From assembly GCF_009914755.1 (NCBI RefSeq), contig NC_060941.1: 64,000 nt of DNA; one strand, written 5' to 3'. A program made the translations under genes and the position numbers. The stretch is from the human T2T-CHM13v2.0 reference genome, Homo sapiens. The notes under the pieces were generated by a model. The model was not told the DNA's origin and did not search any database. It saw only the letters and a list, made by a program, of their open reading frames with translations. Shown here piece after piece: positions 1 to 14,367 of this stretch (the stretch's first letter is position 1; each line of letters starts with the position of its first letter).

Positions 1-2838
1 TCTCAAATGAAGCCAGTCTACAAAGACTATAATAATTTCCTACTTCTTCAAATGTGCAGACACCAACATAAAGCAACAAGCAACATAAAAAACCAAGGAG
101 ACATAACCCCAGCAAAAGAAAATAATCTCCCAATAGCTGACCCCAAAGAAATGAAAATATATAAACTGCCTGACAAATAATTCACACTAATTGTTTTAAG
201 GAAGCTTAGTGAGCTTCAAGAAAATACAGAGAAATAATTTATTGAAATCAGAAAAACAGTAAGTGTATAAAATGAGAAATTTAACAGAGAAATTTTTTAA
301 AAAATCAAATTCTGGAGCTGCAAAATATAACGAATGAAAAGAAAAATATAACAGCATTCACAACTGAATTGATCAAGCAAAAGAAAAAATTCAGTAAACT
401 CAAATATACAGGTTATTAGAAAATATGCAGTCAGAGAAGAAAAAGGAAAAAGACTGGAAAGGAATGACGAAAGTTTACAGGACGTATGGGACAGGATCAA
501 AAGAGAAAATATTCAAGTTATAGGAGCTAAAGAAGAAAAAGAGAGACAAAGGTGTAGAAAGTTTATTTAAACAAATAATAGCTAAAAACTTTCCAAATTG
601 AGGGAAAGATATATATATCCTGGTACAAAAAGGTCAAAAGTCTCCAATCTGATTTAATTCAAGCAAGACTATACCAAGCCATGTTATAATCAAACTGTCA
701 AATATAAAGAACAAATGGAAGATTCTGAAAATATCAAGAGAAAAGCAAATTATATACAAGAGACTTCCAATAAGACTAGCAGCGGATTTCATGGAGGAAA
801 TCTTACAGTCCAGAAAAGAGTAGGATGATATATTCCAAGTACTGAAAGACAATAACTGCCAACCAAGAATATTGTGAGTGGCAAAGCAGTCTTTCAGAAA
901 TAAAGAAAAGTTAAAAATGTACCAAGACACAAAAAAGCCTTAGGGAGTTCATGACCACTAGACTTGTCTTACAAAAATGCTCAAGTGAAATCTTGATGCT
1001 CAAAGAAGAAGACACTAATGAATAACAAAAAATACATATATAAGGATAAAACTCACCAGTAAAAGTAAGGAAACAATCAAACACAGAATAGTCTAATAAT
1101 ATAATGTTGTGGAAATGACTTATATCTTTAGTATGAAGATATTATATTATTTAAATATAATAGCCACAATAATTTCTTTCTATACAATATAAAAAGATGT
1201 AAATTGTGTCATCAAAAAATGAAACAGAGTAAAATGTAGTTTTTATATGTGATAAATCAAGGTTATTATCAGTTTAAAATAGCCTGTCATGAAAATAAGA
1301 TGTTTTATGTAAGCCTCGTAGTAATCACAAAGCAAAAACCTACAATAGTTGCACGAAACATAAAAAGAAAGGATTCAAAGCATACCACTACAGAAATTCA
1401 TCAAATCACAAAGAAAGATAACAAGACGGAAAGGAACAAATGTTCTATAAAACAACCAGAAAACAAATTACAAAACAGAAGTAGCAAGTCTTTACTTATG
1501 AATACTTATGTTGAATACAAATGGATTAAATTCTCTAATCAAAAGACAGAATAACTGAATGGATTAAAACAAAATTCAACTATATGCTTCCTATAAGAAA
1601 TTCATTTCATGTTTAAGAACCTACATAGACTGAAAGTGAAGGAAGAGGAAAAGATATCTCATGCAAACGGAAATGGAAAGAGCGAGGGTAGAAATACATC
1701 AGATAACACTGACTTAAAATCAAAATTATAAAATGAGATACAGGTCATTATACAGTGACAAAGGGCTCAAGTCATCAAAAGGATATACCAATTATAAATA
1801 TATATGCCCCCAAAGTAACATCACCTAAATATATAAAGCAAATATTCATAGATATAAAAGGAGAGAAGGAGTGTAATACAATAATAGTAGGGGACTTTAA
1901 GACCACAATTTCAGCAACGGACGGGTTACCCAGAAAGAAAATTAATAAGGAAACATCAGATTTGGTCTATTCTTTAGTGCAAATAAACCTAAAAGAGATA
2001 TACAGATATACAAAATGTACCATTCAGTGGCCACAGAATACACATTCTTCTCAACCAAATGTGAAATATTCTTCAGCATAGATCATATGTTAGTTCACAA
2101 AAGAAATCTTCACAAATTTAAGAAGACTGAAATCATATCAAGTATCTTTTCTGACCACATGTTTAATACTAGAAATCAGTAACAAGAGGAATTTCAGAAA
2201 ATTGACAAATACATGGAAATTAAATAACACACTCTTGAACAGCTACTATGTCAAAGAAGAAATTAAAAGAGAAATTTAAAAATATCTACAGACAAATGAA
2301 AATAAAAACACAACAGACAAAAACTTATGGGATACAGCAAAAGCAGTTCTAAGAAAGAAGTGAATAGCAATAAATGCCTACATCAAAACAGGAGATCTCA
2401 AATAAACAAGTTAATGTTACACCTAAATAACTTCTAAAAGAACAATCTAAGTCCAAAGTTCACGGAAGGAAGGAAATCATAAAGATCAGAGCAGAAATAA
2501 ATGAAATATAGACTAGAAAAACAATAGAAAAGGTCAGTAAAATTAAGAGTTAGTTATTTGAAAAGATAAACAAAATTGACAAAACTTTAGCTAGACTAAG
2601 AAAAAAATAAGAGAAGACAAATAAGTAAAATAAGAAATGAAAGAGATGTTAGAATTGATGCCACAGATATACAAAGGATCATGAAAGACTACTATGAGTA
2701 ATTATACGTCAACAAATTAGATAGCCTACAAGAAAGGAATAAATTCCTGGACACACAGAACGTATGATGACTGAATCATGAAGAAATAAAAAAGCTGAAG
2801 AAATCAATAATAAGTAAGGTGACTGAAGCATTAATTTA

Positions 2839-3143
2839 TGTATTTACTTTTTTTTTTTTTTTGAGATGGGAGTCTTGCTCTATCACCCAGGCTGGAGTGC
2901 AGTAGTGCGATCTTCTCACTGCAACCCCCACCTCCCAGGTTCAAGCGATTCTCCTGCCTCAGCCTCCCAAGTAGCTGGGATTACAGGTGCACACCACCAC
3001 ACCCAACTAATTTTTGTATTTTTCATAGAGATGGGGTTTCACCATGTTGGCAAGGCTAATCTCAAACTGCTGACCTCGGGTTATCTGCCCACCTCAGCCT
3101 CCCAAAGTGCTGGGATTACAGGTGTGAGCCACCGAGTCCGGCC
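2839..3143 (-). mobile_element. AluS element
   Basis: Alu consensus; 15-bp target-site duplication (TSD) tgaagcattaattta at 2824-2838 and 3145-3159. Confidence 0.95.
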
Positions 3144-3158
3144 TTGAAGCATTAATTT

Positions 3159-3160
<2 letters not shown>

Positions 3161-3205
<45 letters not shown>

Positions 3206-3218
3206 TACACACACACAC
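3161..3218. repeat. (AC)21-agat-(AC)6 microsatellite
   Basis: Read directly. Confidence 0.97.
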
Positions 3219-3837
3219 AACATATGCCCAGGACCTGATGGCTTCACTGTTGAATTCTACCAAACATTGAAAGACCTAATACCAATCCTCCTCAAACTCT
3301 TCCAAAAAAAACAGAATACTTCCAAACTCATATTATGAGGCCAACTTTACACTGACACCAAAACTACACAAGAAAACAACAAGAAAGGAAAATTATAGGC
3401 CAATATTAAGGATGAAGATAGATGCAAAAGTCCTCAACAAAATATTAGCCAACTGAATTCAACAGCACACTCAGAAGAGCATTCACCATGATCAAGTGGA
3501 ATTCATCCCAAGAATATAAAGATACTTTAACATATGCAAATCTATACATGTTGTACACCAATTAACAGAATGAAGGATAAAAACCATATAATCATCTCAG
3601 TAGATGTGGAAAAAGCATTTACAAAATTCAACATATTTTCATAATAAAAACAACAAATTAGGTATAGAAGAAATGTACCTCAATACAATAAAGGCCATAC
3701 ATGAAAAACCCATTGATAACAATATATTCAACAGTGAAAAACTGAAAGCTTTTCCTCTAAGATCAGAAATGAGACAAAGATGTCCACTCTCACTACTTCT
3801 TTTCAACATAGTACTGGTGGTCCTAGCCAGAGTATTA

Positions 3838-4211
<374 letters not shown>

Positions 4212-4858
4212 TTACAGACGATATGATCTTATATGTAAAAAAAAAATTTTTAAAGACTCCACCAAAATGCTGGAACTAATAAATGAATTCACTAAAGTTG
4301 CAGAATACAAAATCAACATACAAAAATCAGTAGCCATTTTATACACTGACAATGAACTATACAAAATCAAGAAAACAATCCCTCTCTTACTAGGTACCAA
4401 AAAAAAAAAACCACTTAGAAATAAATTTGATCAAGGAGATTAAAGACCAGTATAATGAAAACTGTAAAACACTGATAAAAGAAATTAAAGAAGATACAAA
4501 TAAATGGAAAGATATCTCATGTTCATGAACTGGAAGAACTAATAATGGTTAAAATGTCCATGCTATCCAAAGCAATCTATATATTTCATGCAATCCCTAT
4601 CAAAATTCCAATGGCATTTTTCACAGATATAAAGAAAACCCTAAAATTTATATGAAACTAAAAAGACCCTGAGTATCCAAGGCAATTTTGAGCAAAATGA
4701 ACAAAGGTGAAGGCATCACACTACCTGACTTCAAAATACACTATAAAGCTATAGCAATCAAAAGAGCACAGTAACTGGCATAAACCAGACACACAGACCT
4801 AATGAAACAGAACAGGGAACCCAGAAATAAACCCATACATTTAGTGTCAACTGATTTT

Positions 4859-5172
4859 CATTATTATTATTTTTATTTATTTATTTATTTTGAGATGGAG
4901 TCTTGCTCTGTCACCCAGGCAGGAGTTCGGTGACACAATCTTGGCTCACTGCAACCTCTGCCTCCCAGGTTCAAGCGATTCTCCTGCCTCAGCCTCCTGA
5001 GTAGCTGGGATTACAGGCATGCCCTACCACACCCGGCTAATTTTCGTATTTTTAGTAGGGATGGGGTTTCACCATGTTGGCCAGGCTGGTCTCAAACTCC
5101 TAATCTCAAGTGATCCGCCCACCTCAGCCTCCCAAAGTGCTCAATTACAGGCGTGAGCCACCATGCTTGGCC
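4859..5172 (-). mobile_element. AluS element
   Basis: TSD gtcaactgatttt at 4846-4858 and 5175-5187. Confidence 0.95.
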
Positions 5173-6604
5173 AGGTCAACTGATTTTTGACAAAGATGCC
5201 AAGAACACACAATGGGGAAAGACAGTGTCTTCAATAAATGATGCTTGGAAAACTGGATATCCAACATGCAGAAGAATGAAATTAGACCCTTATCTCACAC
5301 CATATACAAAAATCAATTTAAAACAGAGACTTAAATGTGAGACCTGACATTTTAAAACTACTATAAGAGAAATAGGGGAAAAGCTCCATGACATTGCTCT
5401 GGGCAATGATGTTTTGGATATGAACCGAAAAGCATAGTCAACAAAAGAAAAAATAGACAAATGAGATTATATCAAACTAAAAAGCTTCTGCATAGCAAAG
5501 GAAACAATCAACAGAGTAAAAAGACAGCCTACACAATGAGAAAAATATCTGCAAGCCATATATCTAATAAGGGGTTAACATCCAAAATATATATGGAACT
5601 CAAACAACTCAATGGTAAGAACACTGATAACCTGATTTTAAAATGGGCAAAGGATCTGAATAGACATTCCTCAAAAGAAGACACGCAAATAGCCACCAGA
5701 TATATGAAAAACTGCCCAACAATCCTAATCATCAGAGAAATGCTGACTAAAACAATACTGAGATATCACGTCACACCTATTAGAACGGCTATCAACAAAA
5801 AGAAAAAAGATCAGTATTGGAGGGGATGTGGAGAAAAAAGAACCCTTGCCCAGTGTTGGCAGTAATGTAGATTAGTGCAGCCATTATAGAAAAACAGTAC
5901 GAGGGTTCCTTGAAAAATTAAAAATAGAACTACTACATGATCCAGCAATCTCACTATTAGGTATAAATCCAAAGGAAATGAAATTGCTATATTGAAGAGC
6001 TATCTGCACCCCCATGTTCACTGCAGCAATAGCCAAGATATAGAATCAATATAAAGTGTCCATCAACAAATAAATGAAAAAAATGTGATATATATATACA
6101 CATACACACACACACATACACACACACACACAATGAAATGTTATTCAGTTTTTAAAAAGAAGGAAATCTTGTCATTTAGTACAACATGGATGAACCTAGA
6201 GAACACGATGTTAAGTGAAATAAGCCAGGCACAGAAAGGCAAATACCACATGATCTCACTTATATGTGGATTCTAAAAAAGGTGAACTCACAAAAGTAGA
6301 GAAATGGTGGTTATGAGGCCAGGCGACAAGGAGTGGAGTTGGGAGATACTGGTCAAAGGATACAAAATTTAAGTTAGATGAGAGAAATAAGTTCTAGAGA
6401 TCTATTGTACAGCATAGTGACTTTAGTTAATAACAATGGATTGTATTTCAAAAATCACTATGAGAGTACATTTTAAGTATTCTCATTACAAAAAATAATG
6501 ATAAGTCTGTGAGGTGATTCATATATCAAGCTCAATTTAGCCATTTGACAATGTATACATATTTCAAAACATCATGTTGTACACAATAAACATCTACAAT
6601 TTTG

Positions 6605-6900
6605 TCCAGGTGTGGTGGCTCATGCCTATAATCCTAATGCTTTGAGAAGTCAAGGTAGGAGGAGGATCACTTGAGGCCAACAGCTCAAGACCAGCCTGGG
6701 AAAAACAGTAAGATCCCATCTCTACCAAAAAAAAAAAATTTTAATTAGCTGGACGTGGTGGCACAGCTGTAGTCCTGGCTACTCAGGAGGCTGAGGTGGG
6801 AGGACTGCTTGATCCCAGTGAGCTCTGATCACACCACTGCACTCCAGCCAGACAAAAGATAGAGACTCTATCTCTGGAAAAACAAAAACAAAAAACAAAA
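6605..6900 (+). mobile_element. AluJ-like element
   Basis: Diverged Alu consensus at the end of the L1. Confidence 0.88.
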
Positions 6901-7064
6901 CAGAAAGATGAACCCTGCCTACCATGCATCATGTTTTATATTTGTTTCAAGTGCAACCTCTTCCTAGAATATACCATTATTTTAACTAAAACCTGAAAAC
7001 CTAGATTACATAAAATATTAAAACTGTATTATCAATGGGTTTATCAGCAATATCTCATTCCTAC

Positions 7065-7142
7065 CTCTTTCTCACGTATTCGAGAGAGAAAATGATCATC
7101 ATGGAAACTGCTGGATTTTCTCAGGCTGAATTTCGGTGTCAT
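7065..7142 (-). CDS. CEP112: CEP112 coding exon (78 bp, phase 0-0): MTPKFSLRKSSSFHDDHFLSRIREKE
   Basis: Minus strand tttagcag|ATGACA...AAAGAG|gtagga; in frame with the upstream exons. Confidence 0.94.
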
Positions 7143-7398
7143 CTGCTAAATGAACAGGAGTTATTTAACATGTTTTCAGATCTGGTTTATCCTTAACCCC
7201 AAAGAAAACTTCTAAATTGCCTGAGGCCCGTACCAAAATAGTACTAACACTGCAGGAAAAAATCACTTCCAAGTGATAAAATTCAAAAACTATTATGTTT
7301 CCTAATGTAGATCCGCATTATTTTCTATAAATAACTTAGTGATTATTTTATTTTAAAATACCTGCCCCTAGAAAAAGTCCAATGGATTTCTCACATAC

Positions 7399-7446
7399 CA
7401 GAGAAACTGGGATAGGCTTCTGTCTCAGGTATCGAGGATTTTCTAT
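7399..7446 (-). CDS. CEP112: CEP112 coding exon (48 bp, phase 0-0): IENPRYLRQKPIPVSL
   Basis: Minus strand ttttcag|ATAGAA...TCTCTG|gtatgt; continues the frame of the preceding exon. Confidence 0.94.
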
Positions 7447-7619
7447 CTGAAAATTTAAAAATAAAACAAAATAAGGATTTATTAATTTTGGAGTTTTAAT
7501 TATTATTTGATAAAATATAGAATTAAGCTGCCATATGAAACATTTTCTAGATTCTTAATATTTAATTCATTTTTAGAATGGGTATTGTATGATATATTTT
7601 TAGCGGCTCCCTACAAGTA

Positions 7620-8565
7620 AAATATAAAACATAAACTCCCTTGCATGCCAAAATGAACCTTCATGATCCTCTCACTGCCTAACTGCCCACTCTCATCTTC
7701 CATTACCCTTCACTTCACATTTTATGCTCCCAGGATCCACAATGATTTATATTACCAGAACATGGCAGATGTTCTCATGCCTGTCCACCTCTGAATTTCT
7801 CTGCCCAGCCCTCCAAACCCTGTAAGCACACACCTATTTGTTCTTACAGTCGCAATTTAATCACTGCACTCCCAGATGTATTTGGTACATGAATTCTTAA
7901 ACATACCTTTCTAATAGCAAAGAGAACACAAAATTCCTTTGGGACTCCCCCTAAATCTCCCTTTCAGATTCATCTATCTTCACCATACCCCACATTCCAA
8001 GGACACCAGACAATTTGTTTTAACTTAAAAGCACTATACTGTCTCCCATGTCTGAGTCTTTGCAACCTGTAAGATCATTCCCCCAACTTCTACACATGGT
8101 TAACTTACTCAAGACTTGTAGTTTAAAAATCATCTCCCCCAGGAAACCTAGTTCCTACTACTCCAGTAGTACCCTGGATGCTAGTTCCCTTTTACAATCT
8201 GGCATCTCCCTGTTTCAAAACAGTGTGGACTCTGAAAGCAGAGACCATGACTGCCCTGTTCACCACTCTATCCCTAGCACCCAACTCAGTGCCCAATTAA
8301 TATTTCTTCAGAAAGAAGGAAGAAACAAGAGGAAAGAAAGGAGTAACCTGTACCTGATTCCACCTTCTTATCAGCTCCTAAAGTATCCTATGTCCACTCT
8401 CTCATAGCCCTTATGTAATACTTTGAGTGTTTATCAGTATGTCTCCACATCTGTCTTTGAACAGAAGGAGTACTGGGATGACATCTTCTCAGTTTTGTAT
8501 CTCTGGGACCTAGCACAATATCTAATGTATAGTAGCCTTTCAATAAAGTATTTATTGCATGAATA
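7620..8565 (+). mobile_element. L2 LINE remnants (two 3' ends)
   Basis: cctagcac...caataaa...tgaat-type L2 termini near 8270 and 8510-8563. Confidence 0.55.
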
Positions 8566-8757
8566 TACTATATGATAAAGTAGACATATTGATAGTTATC
8601 TCTACTATTTCACTCACAAATAAAGTGATAATTAAAAATCTTTACCGTGAAAGTCTAATTTCTTCATATCACAAACCCACAAATTACTACATGGATAATC
8701 TCACAAAGTACAAGAACACAAACTATCACTTCAACCTAGGGTAGTGGTTCTTACACT

Positions 8758-9154
8758 TGTTAAATTAAGATTCATCTAAAGCTGCCTCCTCACATATTTT
8801 TAATTCAGCCTAAAGGTTTCTCCATTCATGGTGAACTGTAACCTAACTGGATGTGTAAACAGACTACAGCTTACTCTTGTGCCACTCACTGAGTTTTGGC
8901 AATTAAAGGCAATCAATCGTTCAAACCAGATTCAAATAAGGCAAACGCAGAGCTGTAACCAATCCTGCTGTTTCTGTACCTCGCTTCCATTTTGTGTACA
9001 TCACTATCCTTCTTCTGTCCATAAATCTTCAATCATCCAGTAGTGCTGCAGCCTCTCTGAACCTATTATGATTCAGGGGCTGCCTGATCCATGAATCATT
9101 CTTTGCCTACTAAACTCTGTTCAATTTAATTTCTTTAAGGTTTTTCTTTTAACA
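8758..9154 (+). mobile_element. MER57-family ERV1 solo LTR, inserted in a MER5-like DNA transposon remnant
   Basis: tgttaaattaag...ttttaaca termini and MER57-like body; TSD not preserved. Confidence 0.75.
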
Positions 9155-10035
9155 TCCTGGAGTGTACTATGAGGATCAAGTGATAAACATTTCAAATATA
9201 AATTATCGGATTCTAGTTCTCCAAAATCCCATTGTGTTTTCAAAAAGTTCCCCAAACGATTTATTACGGTTAATAACTCTTGAAAATGAACAATCCATAC
9301 CCAATTTGACAATAAAGATAACGGTGAATGAAGAATCAATTAATCAAAAAATGTAGAAGTCATAACATTTATAATAGAATCCAATCAAGTAAAACTTAAA
9401 AGGAATATAGCAATAGACAGGATATAAAGTATAATTATTTTAGCATCTAGGTTAAAGGAAATACACAAAACAATTTTCTTTCGTGTGGACGCCAGATCCT
9501 ATAAAGTAATGGCAACTGTATGAATTTAAATGTCTCTCCCCATCCTCCAAAGACACATACAGATTGATAAAGAGACCAAATAAAAATGCCCATCATCCAT
9601 GACTACATCATAAAAAGGAGAAAGGGAATACAAATCCCTGGATTAACATGTAGGTGGCCAAATAAAGATACCAAATCAGCAGAATTAGATCCTGAGCCAG
9701 AGTGGTAGCATGGGGAAAAAAGGAAGTACCTCAGGGTCCTAGTAGTGGTGGAACTAAATATCATCAAATACTGACCTGTCAAAGAAAAGTGGCCTACCTT
9801 AAGTGGGCCACACAAAAAAACTTAATGGCTCAGAGTGCCAGAGATGGGCACAAAACAAGGGGCTTGGAAACTATGAAGAACCAGAAAGGCAGTTCTAGGA
9901 AGGAATCACTTCTGAGGTAGAGAGAAGCACCTTTGAAGGAAGGTTGTTCATGATAAAGGGAGATAAAAAAGCAGCTGAAGATAAGGGCCCTGCAGAAACA
10001 AGACAGAATCAAAGAATCAAAAGAAGACAAGCCAT

Positions 10036-10386
<351 letters not shown>

Positions 10387-10950
10387 TTAAAGAAGTTAAA
10401 CTTCAGTGTAGCAGAGGAGGAGGGCTGTCCAGAACTAAGAAATAAAGTAAGCCACCCACTACCACTTCCCACACAATCACTGGCTATTACTTGTTCAGAA
10501 AAATCTAACAGATAATCATGAACAGAAAAAAAGAATCCAATATCCACAAAAACTTACTATATAAAATAGAAGACCAAAATCAAAACCTGCCAGCAGAAGG
10601 AAACACTTTTTTAAAAAGCTAAAATACAGGAAAACAGTAATACAGGCTTCCTTTTGATTCCCATATCTCCCCACTCTCATACACCAGGGTTTTTGTGCAA
10701 CCCACTTAAAATAGGACGCTCTCCTACATGTCAATACTTAATAATATTTTTGTTCCATCACCACTAGGACAACAGGTATTCAAATATAACTTTTAAATAA
10801 CTTCAGGCATAAAAATACTACAAATCAAAATAAAGACAAAAATACAAAGATGTTAAATAGGAGGTGACTAGATTCAGGAAAAAAAAACATGGAAGAGTAA
10901 CAAAAATCATCCAAGAAATGAAGACTAAATTAAGAGTTGTACAAGAGAGA

Positions 10951-11265
<315 letters not shown>

Positions 11266-11552
11266 CTATAGTAACAGCAAGAGATAAAGATAGGACCTGA
11301 AGCCAAAAACCAGGAAATAAAACTGACATAAAAACGTGTTTAAAAAGGATCCAAGAGAAATGGATAAAGAAAATGAGAAACAAGAATACAATAAATGTAT
11401 AATTGGATTCCCTGAAGAAAATAAAATAAATGCAACTAAATATTTTAAATTATTAAGAAAATATTCTTAAATAAAATAATACCTGAATCATATTAAATAC
11501 TCTCACTCTTTACCTTGGAAAACTGACCTAAGACCATCGACTGAAACATAAA

Positions 11553-11848
11553 CAGATGGCCCTCCATATTCATGGCTTCTACATCTACATATTCAACCAA
11601 CCAAACTGAAAATATTCAAAGTAATAATTAGAAAACAAGAAAACAGTACAGTATAACAACTATTTCCATATCATTTATATTGTATTAGGTACTATAAGTA
11701 ATATAGAGATTATTTAATGATTCATAGGTTATGTACAAATACTGCACTACTTTATCTAAGGAACATCAGCATTTGCTGATTTTGGTATCTGTGGGAAGGA
11801 AGGAGGATGTTCTGGAATGAATCAACTCTTGATACTGAGAGATGACTG
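11553..11848 (-). mobile_element. MER2 (TcMar-Tigger) non-autonomous DNA transposon
   Basis: cag...ctg termini followed by TA; body resembles the MER2 reverse complement. Confidence 0.75.
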
Positions 11849-13328
11849 TACAATATATTGAATAAAATCCGATGTGATATGCCGAATATCTTTCAGAGTA
11901 TAATATAAAAGTCCAAATATTAAACTTTACGAATATTTTTTAAAAATTCTCTGGACCCTCAGTCAAAAAGATTAGACATTTATAACTTTATTTATTTATA
12001 TATTTATGAAAAATGAAAAGTATGTATCACACTTCTCAACTGTAACATACATCATATAAAACATTGTATTTAAGGAACTCAGGTAAAGAAAATGCAAATC
12101 AAATATTTTACATACAATCTAGATTTCCTCCAAGAATCAAGACCATAAGAAACCATTTGAAACATGCAAGAATTCAGAAAATACTGTATCACAAGGTCCA
12201 TTCAGTAGACTCTATTAGAGCATGAACATTTTATCTTAGTTAAAAGATAATCAAGAGGGAAAAAAAAGATAATCAAGGAACCTTCAGTCAAGAGACTGAT
12301 GCTTCCTGATTAAGTATTATAACATCTGCAATTTACTTTCAAATAGTTCCAATAAGGCAAAATCACAAAATTTAAAAGGCAGCAGCAATAAGTTACTGTT
12401 GTACTATTCTTTTTCTACTTGAATATTTTCATCATAAAAATTGTAAAAAAAAAACTGGTTTCTTTAACAAGATAGCATAAACCTAATTGATAATTATCTT
12501 ATATTTTGATTTTGGGAAACCAAATACTATTGATTAGTCCAGTTAAATGGCAGTTTCTGATTACTGTATAGTTTAAATACATGCTGGAAAAAAATGCTTT
12601 TTAAATAATGTTAATTCTGAGAAAAAAAAACAATCATGCTGAGTTTTTGTGGAAAGACACTGCAAAAAACTTAGTGGTTATTTGGGACTAGCTAAATGAA
12701 ATCACCATGGAATTTAAAATAATACAAGCTATTAGATAGAAGCTATAAATGTATTTTAGAAAGAAGAGATGGCTATTTTTTAAGAAAAATGTGAAAATTA
12801 TTTTGTGTAGATTAAAAAACATCAAGCTGAGAAAAGTTTCACCATCTCAACAGTTATTTTTCCACCTTATATAGATAAAAGCATGGTAGTTTTGAGAAGA
12901 CAAAAAATCTGAGAGTACATAAGTAACTAGAAAACAATATCAGAGATCCTTCAAAGAAATAATTTCTTGTGTCACACCTGGGGTTATGTCATATTCTTTC
13001 AACAATTATTTACTAAACATCTACCATGTGCCAGGTACTTTGAGAGACGTTTATGACAAGCTGTGAGAAAAAGAACTGTAAACACCTGAAAATAACACCT
13101 GATGGAAACTCTACATAAAGTAATAAATAGGCCATAAATGGTAAATGGTTGCATAAATAGATAAGGCTTTTAATTTTATATTTTCAATCCATTCAATCAA
13201 TATATAACTATTTAAAGGAAAATGAACAAAAACATAATATAATGAAAATAATATATTGTGGAGTTTATAACATTAATAGATTAAAGGAAGAAACTATATA
13301 ATCCTCTCAAAAGATAAAGAAAAATTCA

Positions 13329-13626
13329 GGCCAGGCATGGTGGCTCACGCCTGTAATCCCAGAACTTTGGGAGGCCGAGGTGGGCAGATCACAAGGTCAG
13401 GAGATCAAGACCATCCTGGCTAACATGGTGAAACCCCGTCTCTACCAAAAATACAAAAAAATTAGTCGGGTGTGGTGGCGGGCACCTGTAGTCCTAGCTA
13501 CTCGGGAGGCTGAGGCAGGAGAATGGCATGAACCTGGGAGGCAGAGCTTGCACTGAGCCGAGATAACCCACTGCACTCCAGCCTGGGTAACAGAGCGAGA
13601 CTCCATCTCAAAAAAAAAAAAAAAAG
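13329..13626 (+). mobile_element. AluY/Sc-like element
   Basis: Alu consensus with poly(A) tail. Confidence 0.93.
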
Positions 13627-13754
13627 AATTAAAAAATTCCACAACCATTCATGATTTTTAAAAATATCCTGACAAAATAGAGACATTTTTAATTTGATAA
13701 ATGGAATCTACCAAAAAAACTATAAGTAAGAAAAAACTACAAGTATGAAAAACT

Positions 13755-14073
<319 letters not shown>

Positions 14074-14367
14074 TTAAGATTGGGAATGATACAATGAGTA
14101 CCACCCACTATGAACATGCTCCTATTCAACACTGTAGTGGAATCCTAAACAGCATTTTTTTAAAAAAGATAAGAAAAGGAAAAAGGAGGAGGATAGAAAG
14201 AAAGAAGAGGGTACAAGATTAGAAAGTAAAAACTAGAACACCTCATCATTTGCAGATACCTACTTACATAGAACTCTATAAATGAATAAATAAACAAGTA
14301 AATAATAGAACTAATAAGAGTTTGGCAAAGTTGCCAGATGCCAAACCAACATATAAAAGTCAACTGC

